The notes: generated by a model from the letters alone, not told the origin. Counted from the stretch's first letter, positions 31,842 to 42,729 are shown. The stretch: 64,000 bases of DNA from an uncultured cyanobacterium (GCA_963706595.1 OY970166.1:4736001-4800000); one strand, 5' to 3'. Numbers and translations: made by a program.

Positions 31842-31899
31842 AATAATGATATCTATATTGTGACTATTTTAACCGAATATTAGATGCGATCGCCTATTC

Positions 31900-32505
31900 C
31901 TATTCCCCCTTCCTCTCTGTGTCCTCTGCGCCTCTGTGGTTCGTCAACTCCACATCCTCATAAACCAGAGATAGAGGAAAGCGAAAATCAACACTACTTA
32001 AATGAACCTCATCCCCCTCAGCGTAAGGATGTAACTCCCATAAACCCCTGTCATTCAATCGAAAACAATCCAAACTCATTTTTTGAGCATCAATCAGCAC
32101 ATACTCTTGCAAAGTTGCTATCCGACGATACTGCGTAAACTTACCCCCTCTGTCGTAAGCTTCCGTACCAGGAGAAAGAACCTCAACAATCAGACAAGGA
32201 TACTGAATAAACTTAATAGCTTTTTTATCCCTTGGATGACAACTGACAACAACATCTGGATAATGAAATGGACCATTTTGCGATACACCTACTTTTGCAT
32301 CTGCAATATTTACACGACATCCTCCCCCGCGTAAGTGTCCTTTTAACGCCGAAGCCAAATTGAAAGCTATATCATTATGAGGAATAGTCCCCCCAGTCAT
32401 GGCGAAAACTTCACCATTAATATATTCGTGCTTAACCTCCTGCGTCTCCTCCCATTCCAAATACTCCTGGGGAGACATATAACTTCCTTCTCGACTCGCA
32501 ATCAT
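31900..32505 (-). CDS. Uma2 family endonuclease
   Basis: KHEYINGEVFAMTGGT, YPDVVVSC, LIVEVLSPGT, LQEYVLID. Confidence 0.92.
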   Translation of the reverse strand: MIASREGSYMSPQEYLEWEETQEVKHEYINGEVFAMTGGTIPHNDIAFNLASALKGHLRGGGCRVNIADAKVGVSQNGPFHYPDVVVSCHPRDKKAIKFIQYPCLIVEVLSPGTEAYDRGGKFTQYRRIATLQEYVLIDAQKMSLDCFRLNDRGLWELHPYAEGDEVHLSSVDFRFPLSLVYEDVELTNHRGAEDTERKGE

Positions 32506-32581
32506 AACCCCACCTCGAAAACAACCACCCATCTCAACTCTACCTCTTCCCTCCGCGCCTCTGCGCCTCTGCGTGAGAAAT

Positions 32582-34478
32582 TCACCCCTGTGTCCTCACA
32601 GTCAAAACCTGCGGTGGAGTAGCATCAGGAGGATACAAAAAATCCACCTCAACTTGTCGCCTCTCTCCCCCTTGCATTTCCAACCTCAGCAAAGGTTCAC
32701 CAGTTTGTCCCCGTCGCTGTACCAAATGCACATAGCGGGTTCTTTCCACGCCATTATCATCGGGATAACGCACCCTCACCGTTCCCCGAAAAAATACCTG
32801 TTCCACCCGTGGCTGTAAAAACAGTAACCTATCACTACCCCCTTCATCCTTCACAGGAGTTTGAATAGATACAGTAACAGTCCGGGTTTGACTGCTAGAA
32901 TTACGTAAAGGCAAACTGAGATTGTATTCTATGCCATAGTTACTGTGAGCATAATAAGCCGTATCTACATAGCGTTTCAACATCGGCGCACTCTGAATTT
33001 GCCCAGTACCTGAGAGTAACTAAATGTATAGTCGCCAAAGGATAAGAAAACGCCTGTCCTCGCTGCGGTATCGTCAAATCTGGTACACTAGAATTATCTG
33101 TAATTTGGGCTTGCCATTGCGTCCCTTGGGAGACACCAGCCACCCGACTAAATACTGTGGGTTCTCTGGGAGGATCGAGAGGCGTAGGAATAGCATCGCG
33201 CTTTCCTGCTAAACTGCCAGTATCCAGAAGTCTTTGCCACTGGGCTAAACTGGGCGGAGTACTGCTACTCTGAGATAATTTTGCCATATAAAGCGGGCGA
33301 TCGCTCTCCAATCTAATCATCGTACTGCGACCACTAGAAGATGGCGATCGCACAGGAATCTCTAAATTCGCTAATATTTGGCTTTTCCCTGGTTCTATTA
33401 CCAATGTTTCCGGGAAATTAGCTTGTCTGACACCCCGCAAGACATCATTCATGGTCCGACTACCAGGGCCAGCGTAAACTGTACCTTGGGGATTATCTAC
33501 CATATCCGGCAAACTGATAAACGGTGATTCTCTGGTAAGATAACTAGCAGCTTGTAATACTTGCAATGTTGCAGGTTGATTTCCAGGATTATGGACAATA
33601 ATACCTTGGTAAACCGTGCGGCTTTGAGACGGTGTTTCTGCTCTAACTATATGATGGGCGAAGACATCAAATCTGCCTTGAAAAGAATAATTTAAATGTG
33701 CTTCTGGTGCTTGTTTGCCTTCTGGGGGAAAAGTTGATAGTAAAATGCCGTCAGTTGTCACCAATTCGGGGCTATTACTGTTAAATGTGGGAATAAGATT
33801 CAGTTTTCCTGGTAAACGCCGCACCTCTTGGGGATGAACTTCTATTCCCGCAATATATTCTGGGGGGACAGTGTAGATATTTAACGCCCGACACATTAAA
33901 GCGGCAACTTCCCCTCTTGTAGCACTTTGTAGAGGTTTTAGCTGTTTAATGTTAGGATAATTAACAATAATACTATTAATTGCCCCTTGAGCGATCGCAC
34001 CTTGGGCATAGTTAGGAATTTGCGCCGCATCATCGAAATACTGTCGTAATGTTTGTACTGGGTTAGGTACAGAGTTATAATTTTTCGCCCCAGCTAAGAC
34101 ACCGATAATTTGCGCCCTGGGAATTGCTTGATTTGGTTGAAAAATTTGCCCTGGATAACCAGCAAAGAATCCTTTTTGATAAGCCCTAGCAATAGCTTGA
34201 TTTGCCCAATGATTGGGAGGTACATCTTTAAATATAATGGCTGGGCGCTTTATTGGTGCGTCGGGGAAAGCATTTAACATTAATACAGCTGCTTCGGCGC
34301 GGGTGACGGTTGCATTGGGGCGAAAACTTCCGTCGGGGTAGCCTGTAATTAGTTTGCGTTCTCCTAATTGTTGCAGACAATCTTTTCCCCAGTGGTTTTG
34401 GGTGTCAAGGAAGGCGAGGGTGTGGGTGTGGGATAAGGTTAAGAGAAAGGTGAGTGTTATTAGGATATATCGGTTCAT
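32582..34478 (-). CDS. SLH-domain plus DUF3370 secreted protein; +1 insertion near 33011
   Basis: Signal peptide, three SLH repeats (GYPDGSFRPN..TRAE), FNSNSPE, AHSNYGIEY, FLYPPDATPPQVLT; removing one base restores TLGTGQIQSAPM. Confidence 0.85.
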
Positions 34479-34641
34479 GATTGTTTCACGCAAAGGCGCA
34501 AAGGCGCAAAGAAGAGAGGAAGAAGAATTACAGCAGGTTGCAGGTATATCAGGTACAAAAGCAATAGTGAAACTCTTGTGGGGTGGGCATCTTGCCCGCC
34601 CTTCTGTACCTCATCAAAATGAAATAATTCGTAATTACGAA

Positions 34642-36715
34642 TTACGAATTACGAATTATTTCTATGATTTCGGTATATTCAAATTCGTTGGGACTTTGCT
34701 TGACTAAGGGGTATCTTTGTCCTGCCAATTGGATATAATTTTGTTCACAATCTGGTTTTGAGGAATAATAGGTAAGTACGTATTCTCTACCTATTCTTTC
34801 TGTCATTTCTTCTTCTACTTCACCTCGCCATTGAGTTTTACTGGCTAAGACAATTAATTGGTTAGCTAATTTGGGAATTGTTCGGGCTATATGTCTCCGT
34901 GACATTTCATCTAAGCTGCCAAAGGGGGAATCCATAACAATAGGAAATGTGCTACTATCGGGAAGCATCATCATTTTGCGTTTTTGACTCCACTCTCTCA
35001 CTTTATCGATGATGCTGGCAATAAAGGATAAGCTGAGAATTTGATTTTCTCCGGTGGAAGCTGCAACTGGTGCTTCTATTCCCGCAGTATGTTCTACTAA
35101 GGTTAATTCATATTTTTCGCTGATTTTGGGAATATATGGTTTGACTGAAAGCTGGTTAAATATTTCTTGGACTCGTTTTTCTAGTTGCAGACGAAATTGT
35201 TTTTCTTGCCGATTTTTAACTTCGGTTAACCGTTCAATTGCATCTTGAGTAGCGTTAATGCGTCGCTGTGCCAATATTTGCCTTTCTTCATTCAGTTTCT
35301 GCTTGGATATTTGTTTACCTAAAGCATCAATTTCTGTTTTTAATTGAATAATTTTCTGCTGGTTTGCACCTTGTTCTCGATTTAATTCATCAATTTTGCT
35401 GGAAATCTCATCTAAGCGTTTTTGTAAACTGCTAATTTCTTCATTCGCATCTTTTCGCAGTTTGTCTTGAAGGTTATCTAATTCACCCTCAACTTGGGAT
35501 ATGGTTTCTCTTAACTGCTTAATTCTGGCTTGTTCTCTATCAACTTCTTCCCAAAAAGCCGCAGCTTGTTTATCAATTTCATCGACTTGAACACCCATGC
35601 GAATAGCGGTTTCTTCAACGGCGGAAGAACCAGCTTTATCTAGCCAAGTTCGGACATTTTCATGATTATCACGTACCTGCACTTAAGTCTGCACCACAAA
35701 TACAACGCTGGGATTTTAATAATTCGTTGACAAATTCTCGTGAAATTCCAGAGGTTAACTCACCTCGCTGTTTTAAGTCATCAATGATTTGCCGAAATTG
35801 TGATGTCGTCTCCCCCAGCAATACTGTATAACCCCGTGAGGAAATGATTTTTTTTAGGGCTTCTTTATTTTTCTTGAATGCTTCCTGGTTTTCGGCTTTC
35901 TGCAATTCTAAATTTTGCCATCTGTCTTCTATTTCTTTGGCTTTGACAAGTTCCAATAAACGGTTACTTGTCTCTTTTTTAAAGGTTTGCTGATATTCTA
36001 ACTCTTGTTTAATTTCTGTTTGGCGGTTGGTGAGGCGTTCACTTTCTTGTTCTATCTGTTCTTGCTGTTTTAGCAGTTTCTTCGTTTCTGCATCACCAAT
36101 GGCTTTCAACTCATTCTCTAAAGTTTTTTTCGCTTCTCCTAAATGTCGAATAGAACGGTTAATCACTTCTACACCCAAGAAAATCTTAGTCGCTTCCGCA
36201 ATTTCAGCTTTTTTATCAGAACGCACTATTTCTTCTATCCGTTCACCGTCAAAGAAAAAATATTGATGTAAACTTGCAGGTAAAATCTGATTAATAATAT
36301 CATCTGGCTGTTGTGGTGGTAAATACCATTTACCATCATCTTCACCTACCCACATCCGTAACTCGGTTTTACCAGCTTCAAAGTCACTGTCATTTTTATA
36401 AACCCGACAGGAACGTTTAACTTTGTAGCGTTTACCTTCGTGTTCCCAACCAACTTCTACCCAACATTCTACGGGTTGACCTTTTTGGGCTTCAGCAATG
36501 GAACGCTTATTAACTAACTGTTCGGCGGAGGCGAAAGCGGCACTAAATTTTTCATATAATACCCAAGTGAAGGCATTGAGTAAACTGGTTTTTCCAGAAC
36601 CGTTATTACCATGAATAATTGTGGTGTTCAGAGTATATCCCACCGCGAGGAGTATTTCTGGGGTTGTACCATAAAAGGAGCGAAAGTTGCACAGCTTAAT
36701 TGAAGTCAGCTTCAT
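34642..36715 (-). CDS. SMC/Rad50-like ABC ATPase with CxC hinge (DndD paralogue, PbeC-like); +1 insertion near 35672
   Basis: GNNGSGKTS, YFFFDGERI, central CICG, STGENQ signature, MDSPFGSLD. Confidence 0.88.
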
Positions 36716-36885
36716 TGCACTTCTTCCTTGACAATATCTAATATCTCTTCGTTAATATGGCTATTGATTTTTTTATCTAGTCTGCCTTTTTCCAATTTCC
36801 AAACTCGCTCAATAATCTGTCGCACTTCTGGCGACGCACTGGAAATTGGTTCCTGCACATCTTCAATATTTGTGTCTGGGAGCAT
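36712..36885 (-). CDS. Small helical protein translationally coupled to the ATPase (PbeB-like position)
   Basis: 57-aa ATG ORF; its stop overlaps the ATPase start (ATGA). Confidence 0.7.
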   Translation of the reverse strand: MLPDTNIEDVQEPISSASPEVRQIIERVWKLEKGRLDKKINSHINEEILDIVKEEVQ

Positions 36886-37269
36886 TTGGCGGCTTTTCAA
36901 TAGGTTTTCTTTATATTTTAGCTGCTAGAAGTCCTGCATTTACATCCGTGAAGCTACTATTACTCTTGGTTTTAGGTATTGCGGGAATTTTTGCAATTTA
37001 TTGCCGAAAAAAAAGAAAGCTTTATTTTGCGTTTTGGGTGTGGTAGATTAAAGATAGATTTACATTATAATCGGATGCAGGCTAAATTTTTAGAGCAAGC
37101 TACATCCCATTATGATCAACCTTAATATTATTCTCCCACACTTTCTGCTATTTACTACAAATTTTAAAAAATTTTTTGTTAAAGAGGAACGAACCGCCTT
37201 CGCGCAGCGTATGCCCCTTGGGCTTTAGGCGCAAAGAACGCCAAGAAAGAGGAGGAGGAGGAAGTATGA

Positions 37270-38745
37270 TCAAATATCTAATAATCCGTAACGTTTTTGT
37301 AAGTTGAGTAGTTTCATTCTGGCTTCGCCGGCGTTATCGGCTAAGTCGGCAAATTCTACGAAGCGGCGTAGTTCTTTTTTTAAGAGGTTGCGTTCTATTT
37401 CTATGGTTTCTCTATCTAGGTCTGGTGGTAGGACTATCATATCGAAGATGGTGGCGCGTTCTTTACCAATGTGAGGACGTAATACTCTCCCCCGGCGCTG
37501 AATGAATTGGCGCGGGTTTCCAGAACTTGATAAAATTACGGCTGTTTGAATGGCTGGTATATCAACTCCTTCGTCTAAACAGCGTATTGCGACTAAACCT
37601 TGCAATTCTCCACTTTCAAATTGACAGCGTAAGGTTTCCCGTTCTTTGAGGGAAGTGTGGGCGGTGTAGGTGCTGACTCTATATCCTAAGTCTACACCGA
37701 GAATTTTGGCTACGGCTTTGAGTTGACGCAAGGATGAACGTTGTCCGGTTTCTTGGGAACCATCGCTACAGTAAAATAATGTGTGGGTGCTTTCTCGCCG
37801 AGTTGTCATTAATTCTCGCAAAGCGGTTAATTTATTTTCTGCTGTACCAATTAATCTGGCGCGTTGCATTAATAAGGGTTTTAAGTCTTCGTTGTCTTCA
37901 AAGTTTCTGGCTTCGCCATTTTCTCGTTCTCTATATAATAGAGCGCGCCCAATTTTTTTGGTTAACTTTAAATAAGCCAGACTTTCCGCTTCAGTCAGTT
38001 CTACAAGTATGGGATAATACAAATAATGTACTAAAGCCCCTTGAGCGATCGCATCCTTTAAGTTAAACTCTGGTTGTAGCACTGAACCAAAGTAATCAAA
38101 TAACGATTGCGTGCCATAATCATCAAAATATCTTTCTGGTGTCGCGGATAAAGCCAGTCGTAACCCCACCCGACGCGGTAAATTTTCTTCTAATTTCGGT
38201 GCGCCTAAATTATGCGCCTCATCACCAATAATTAATGTTTTGGCAGGAAAATACTTCATTTGGGACTGAAAACCATCACCAATTAATGTGGAGTTGGTAG
38301 TAATTACCGTGAGAAAGTTTTGCGAACCGGAACGCAGATTATACAGTTGGGTAGACAGTTGACTTTGCCAAGTGCGTAAATTCTCGAAAGCTAAGATAGG
38401 CTGTAAATTAAACTTCTCACATTCTCGCGCCCATTGGGTGACAAGATGACGATAAGGACACACCACTAATAACACTTGTAAGTTAATTTGCTGGTATAAT
38501 TCACAGGCGATCGCTAAAGCTGTAATAGTCTTACCACTACCAGTAGCCATTTTCAGCGTTCCTCTACCATTGTTAGCAAACCAGCTAGTAATAGCCTGTC
38601 GCTGATATGGACGTAATTGCAGAGATGCAGGCAAAATTGGACATCCTGGTAATGGTTGACGAGTTTGATAACTCCCCTGACGTTCCCTCACAAATGGAAC
38701 TTTTAGCCTAAAAGTAGATTGTTCCTGTACTAAATAATTAATCAT
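37270..38745 (-). CDS. PT-system-associated SF2 helicase ('DNA phosphorothioation system restriction enzyme', TIGR04095-like)
   Basis: LRPYQ, MATGSGKT, DEAH, LSATPER, CLDEGVDIP, FIQRRGRVLR. Confidence 0.9.
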   Translation of the reverse strand: MINYLVQEQSTFRLKVPFVRERQGSYQTRQPLPGCPILPASLQLRPYQRQAITSWFANNGRGTLKMATGSGKTITALAIACELYQQINLQVLLVVCPYRHLVTQWARECEKFNLQPILAFENLRTWQSQLSTQLYNLRSGSQNFLTVITTNSTLIGDGFQSQMKYFPAKTLIIGDEAHNLGAPKLEENLPRRVGLRLALSATPERYFDDYGTQSLFDYFGSVLQPEFNLKDAIAQGALVHYLYYPILVELTEAESLAYLKLTKKIGRALLYRERENGEARNFEDNEDLKPLLMQRARLIGTAENKLTALRELMTTRRESTHTLFYCSDGSQETGQRSSLRQLKAVAKILGVDLGYRVSTYTAHTSLKERETLRCQFESGELQGLVAIRCLDEGVDIPAIQTAVILSSSGNPRQFIQRRGRVLRPHIGKERATIFDMIVLPPDLDRETIEIERNLLKKELRRFVEFADLADNAGEARMKLLNLQKRYGLLDI

Positions 38746-38836
38746 CAGTTATTAGTCATTGGTTATTGGGAAGTTACCCTCTTCTCCCCCCTGCACCCTG
38801 CACCCTGCACCCCTGCCTCTTCCCCCCACTCCCCAA

Positions 38837-39439
38837 TTAATAACCGCGCCAAACTCCCACCAGAGAACCCTGCACCTGCACTTGTGTAGCGAGTACCTCT
38901 ATGGGCTTATACTTAGGATTTGCAGGTTTGAGGGTGACGCGATCGCCTTGGCGATAAAAACGTTTTAAAGTAGTACCATAGCCATCAACTCTCGCAGCGA
39001 CAATAGTTCCATTCTTTAACTGGTCTGGTTCTAAGACTGGATGCAGAAATACCAAATCGCCATCAGCAATTAAATCTTCAATCATGCTATCGCCCGCTAC
39101 CCGTAAACCGTAGCTTTGGGGAGGTAAAGAAATATTAGAAAAGTCTAAATGGTCTATAGCATCAGTAAACGGTTCAATTAAACCACCAGCCGCAATTGTG
39201 CCTAAAATGGGAATACCTTGCTTAACAGGATGCAAAATCCGAATCGTTCGCGCCTTTCCTTCATTCCAATCTATATAGCCTTTAGTACGTAAATGTTCTA
39301 AACGACTTTGAATCGGTGCAGGCGATTTCAGCTTCATTGCTTCCATCATTTGCCGAATGGAAGGAGAATACTGGTGAATTTTGATATATTCTACCAACCA
39401 ATCGTATAATTCTTGTTGAGCTTCTGTGAGACGTTCCAT
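38837..39439 (-). CDS. lexA: LexA repressor
   Basis: LTEAQ, YSPSIRQ, LGTIAAG cleavage region, GDSM serine, TLKRF lysine. Confidence 0.96.
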   Translation of the reverse strand: MERLTEAQQELYDWLVEYIKIHQYSPSIRQMMEAMKLKSPAPIQSRLEHLRTKGYIDWNEGKARTIRILHPVKQGIPILGTIAAGGLIEPFTDAIDHLDFSNISLPPQSYGLRVAGDSMIEDLIADGDLVFLHPVLEPDQLKNGTIVAARVDGYGTTLKRFYRQGDRVTLKPANPKYKPIEVLATQVQVQGSLVGVWRGY

Positions 39440-39471
39440 AAATTTATCGGGAATTAAATACAAATGCCTTT

Positions 39472-39485
39472 AGAACATTAGTACT
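39472..39485 (-). promoter_or_regulatory. Cyanobacterial LexA box
   Basis: AGTACTAATGTTCT on the minus strand matches RGTACNNNDGTWCB, about 33 nt upstream of the lexA ATG. Confidence 0.85.
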
Positions 39486-39570
39486 ACAAAAAATCCCAGA
39501 TAACAAGATAAAAGTAAAAATATGAAAGGCAAAAGAAAGATAAATCTCTTTGCTTTTGCCCGATAAGTTT

Positions 39571-40492
39571 TTACTCTGCGCCTAAAATACTAGCAAGCAA
39601 AGCTTTTTGGGCGTGTAAGCGATTTTCGGCTTGTTCCCAAACTCGCGACTGAGAACCTTCTAAAACTGCTTCGGTAATTTCTTCACCACGATGGGCTGGT
39701 AAGCAGTGTAAAACAATTGCCTCTCGGTCAGCAAGACTTAATAACTCTTCAGAAATTTGATAAGGTTGAAAAATTGGTAAGCGATTATCAGCTTCTGTTT
39801 CTTGCCCCATACTTGCCCAAACATCAGTGTAAAGCACAGCAGAACCCTTGGCGGCTAATTCTGGGTCATGAGTCAGCATCACTTCAGTTTTATCACCTGC
39901 AATGGCTCGTGCTTGTTCTACAATACTCAAATCAGGTTCATATCCTGGAGGGGTGGCAATTCTCACATTCATTCCGGCCAAAGCGCAACCTAGCATGAGC
40001 GAATTAGCGACATTATTACCATCACCGACGTAGGTCAAAGTTAAACCAGAGATATCACCAAAGCATTCTTGAATGGTCAATAAATCAGCTAATATCTGAC
40101 AAGGATGTTCTAAATCGGTAAGAGCATTAATTACAGGAATCTTGGCGTAACTAGCAAAAGTTTCCAAATCTTGCTGTGCAAAGGTGCGAATTGCTAAAAC
40201 ATCTAAATATCGGTCTAATACCCGTGCTGTATCCTGCAAAGGTTCGCCACGACTAACTTGAGTCACATTAGGGTTAAGGTCAATTACCTGTCCACCCAAT
40301 TGGTACATTGCTACTGTAAAACTGACTCGCGTGCGAGTTGAGGCTTTAGAGAATAACAAACCCAACACCTTGTTGCAATGCAACTTCAACTTCTTGTGAT
40401 TTGAGTTGGGTTGCTAGTTGCAGGAGTTCTTGAAGTTCCTGGGGACTGAAGTCCGCTAGACTTAATAAATCTCGTCCTATCAACGCTGCCAT
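39571..40492 (-). CDS. argF: Ornithine carbamoyltransferase; +1 insertion near 40394
   Basis: STRTRVSF, HPCQILAD, YTDVWASMG, HCLPAHRG; N-terminus MAALIGRDLLSLADF lies in the adjacent frame. Confidence 0.94.
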
Positions 40493-40818
40493 GCTTCCGA
40501 TTTGTAAAGAACAATCATCTATTTCTGTTCCTTGACCTAGCTGGGTCAAAAAAAGTACAGTTTTAAACCTGTACCTCATATTTTTGCATCCAGCCCAGTA
40601 TTTGAGTTAGTTTTTGCTATGCATATTAATTTAGCAACTTTACCAGTAATTCAAATCACTAATATTTTCGGGTTGACTGCGCTTTCATCACACCGTTAAC
40701 TATAGGTTCCCCGGTCAGGATATCAATAAATATTTTTTTTGCCCTTGACTATAGACAATCAAATTATATATGCTAAAATAGGAAGTCGGTTAACGCGTTG
40801 AACGCAATAACCATGCTC

Positions 40819-40890
40819 GCCAGCATAGCACAGTGGTAGTGCATCCGACTTGTAATCGGAAGGTCGTCGGTTCAAATCCGACTGCTGGCT
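40819..40890 (+). tRNA. trnT: tRNA-Thr (UGU)
   Basis: GCCAGCA/TGCTGGC acceptor stem, D loop AGTGGTA, anticodon arm TCCGA-CTTGTAA-TCGGA, T loop GGTTCAAATCC; no encoded CCA. Confidence 0.97.
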
Positions 40891-40959
40891 TTGGTGTACA
40901 TTCGCACATTATATGTCGCAGTTCGCAAAAATTCTGCCGTAAATTCAAATTCTTCGTCA

Positions 40960-41340
40960 ATACTCACCGATTTTGAGAGTTACCTCCAATGGAACCCATT
41001 TATGAGGGAGGCTGAGGGTGAGATTAAGAAAGGACAAAAATTAACCGTTTTTATTCAGCCTTCAGAGAGTGGAGGAATGAAGTTTAAACCTACTATCTTA
41101 GGATCTGAGACAAATCGAGAACTGCGCTGGCGAGGTAGTCTTCCCATCCCTGGATTATTTACAGGTGAGCATATTTTTACGATTAAACAATTAGACAAAA
41201 ATCGATTCCAGTTCATTTACCGATAAATCTTTTCTGGTTTATTGATTCCCTGGATGAAAAAATCGCTGAATACAGATACTAACAAGGGTTTTCAATCAAT
41301 GAATCAGGCGTTAAAAATCCAAGCAGAAAGTATCACCTAG
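40960..41340 (+). pseudogene. SRPBCC (polyketide cyclase-like) gene remnant
   Basis: ILTDFESY.QWNPF...ELRWRG...GEHIF; 5' end missing; in-frame TAA at 41224, after which homology continues (IFSGLL...GFQSMNQALK). Confidence 0.75.
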
Positions 41341-41363
41341 TTGATTCAAATAGGAACTGTTGC

Positions 41364-42650
41364 ATGGCTAATACAGACGCAAACCCAAAGCAGCCACTAT
41401 TACCAGCGCTGAGGTCAAGAAACTATCGTCTGTTTTTCGCCGGACAAGGCCTTTCCTTGATTGGTTCATGGATGACACATATTGCCACAATTTGGCTAGT
41501 ATATTATTTAACTAACTCCCCAATCATGTTGGGAATTGTGGGATTTTGTAGTCAAATTCCTAGCTTTTTTATTGCACCTTTTGGTGGAGTCTTTGTAGAT
41601 CGGTTTTCGCGATATCGGACTTTAATTGGGACACAAATATTTTCGATGATTCAGTCATTAGCCTTAGCAGTGCTGGCGTTAACTGGGACGATTCAGGTAT
41701 GGCATATTATCGGCTTAAGCTTGTTCCAAGGTTTAATTAACTCAGTCGATTCACCCGCGCGACAAGCATTTGCGCCCGAATTAGTGGAACGGAGAGAAGA
41801 TTTAGCCAATGCGATCGCGATGAATTCAACTATGATTAATACAGCGCAATTAATTGGTCCAGCAGTGGGAGGTTTACTCATAGCCAGTATTGGTGCTGCT
41901 TATTGTTTCTTAATTGATGGATTGAGCTATATTGCTGTCATCAGTGCTTTATTGGCAATGAATATTAAACCCAGGCAAATTGCAGTAACAATCGGTAATC
42001 CTTTCCAAAAAGTGGCAGAGGTATTTGTTTATGCTTTTAATTTTCCAGCAATTAGAGCTATATTATTATTATCAGCCTTAGTCAGTTTTATGGGACTGCA
42101 ATATACAATTCTGCTGACAATTTTTGCCGAAGATATTCTCAAAGGTAGTGCCGAAACATTGGGATTTTTGATGACCGCATCAGGAATTGGAGCTTCATCT
42201 GGTGGTATTTATCTAGCTACACGCAGAACAATCATCGGAATTGGTAAATTAATTGCCTTAGCACCAGCAATTTTAGGAATTAGTCTAATTGCTTTTTCCT
42301 TATCTCGGTTTTTACCCCTTTCTTTATTCATCATGCTGTTCGTGGGCTTGGGAACAATTCTACAAATCGCTGCTAGCAATACATTTCTCCAAACAATTGT
42401 CGAAGATGATAAACGTGGGCGATTGATGAGCTTATACACAATGTCATTTTTAGGCATTTTACCTTTAGGAAATCTAGTAGGTGGCTTCTTAGCAAATCGC
42501 ATCGGCGCACCTAACACATTAATTATTGATGGTATAGTTTGTATTTTAGGATTTATATTTTTTTACAAAAAACTCCCTGTATTAAAGCAAGCTATTCGTG
42601 CAGTTTATGAACAAAAAAGCATTGTATTAATTAAAAACCCTGCCCAATAA
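41364..42650 (+). CDS. MFS transporter (H+ antiporter / MFS_3-like)
   Basis: RNYRLFFAGQ.LS..GSWM, D.PARQAF, RGRLMSLY; about 12 TM helices. Confidence 0.92.
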   Translation: MANTDANPKQPLLPALRSRNYRLFFAGQGLSLIGSWMTHIATIWLVYYLTNSPIMLGIVGFCSQIPSFFIAPFGGVFVDRFSRYRTLIGTQIFSMIQSLALAVLALTGTIQVWHIIGLSLFQGLINSVDSPARQAFAPELVERREDLANAIAMNSTMINTAQLIGPAVGGLLIASIGAAYCFLIDGLSYIAVISALLAMNIKPRQIAVTIGNPFQKVAEVFVYAFNFPAIRAILLLSALVSFMGLQYTILLTIFAEDILKGSAETLGFLMTASGIGASSGGIYLATRRTIIGIGKLIALAPAILGISLIAFSLSRFLPLSLFIMLFVGLGTILQIAASNTFLQTIVEDDKRGRLMSLYTMSFLGILPLGNLVGGFLANRIGAPNTLIIDGIVCILGFIFFYKKLPVLKQAIRAVYEQKSIVLIKNPAQ

Positions 42651-42729
42651 ATTTTAGGTAGTCAAAGAAAAGGGCATAGGGAGTTGATTTAATTTGTTGC
42701 GAGACTGGAAACCGCTAAACAACCAGTCC

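Noticed and set aside
25471..31885. HIP1 depletion as evidence of recent horizontal transfer of the dnd core
   Set aside because: I saw no GCGATCGC here, but multi-kb gaps also occur in native-looking regions (e.g. the kinase gene) and other dnd genes do contain HIP1; needs a statistical test
36846..37046. 66-aa hydrophobic ORF on the + strand
   Set aside because: Non-ATG start, overlaps the coupled small gene on the opposite strand, T-rich composition; no independent support
34642..38745. Labelling the ATPase and helicase as dndF/dndG/dndH
   Set aside because: Sizes and motifs do not fit (no very large DndH-type protein); the SMC-like CxC ATPase and short SF2 helicase fit a different module
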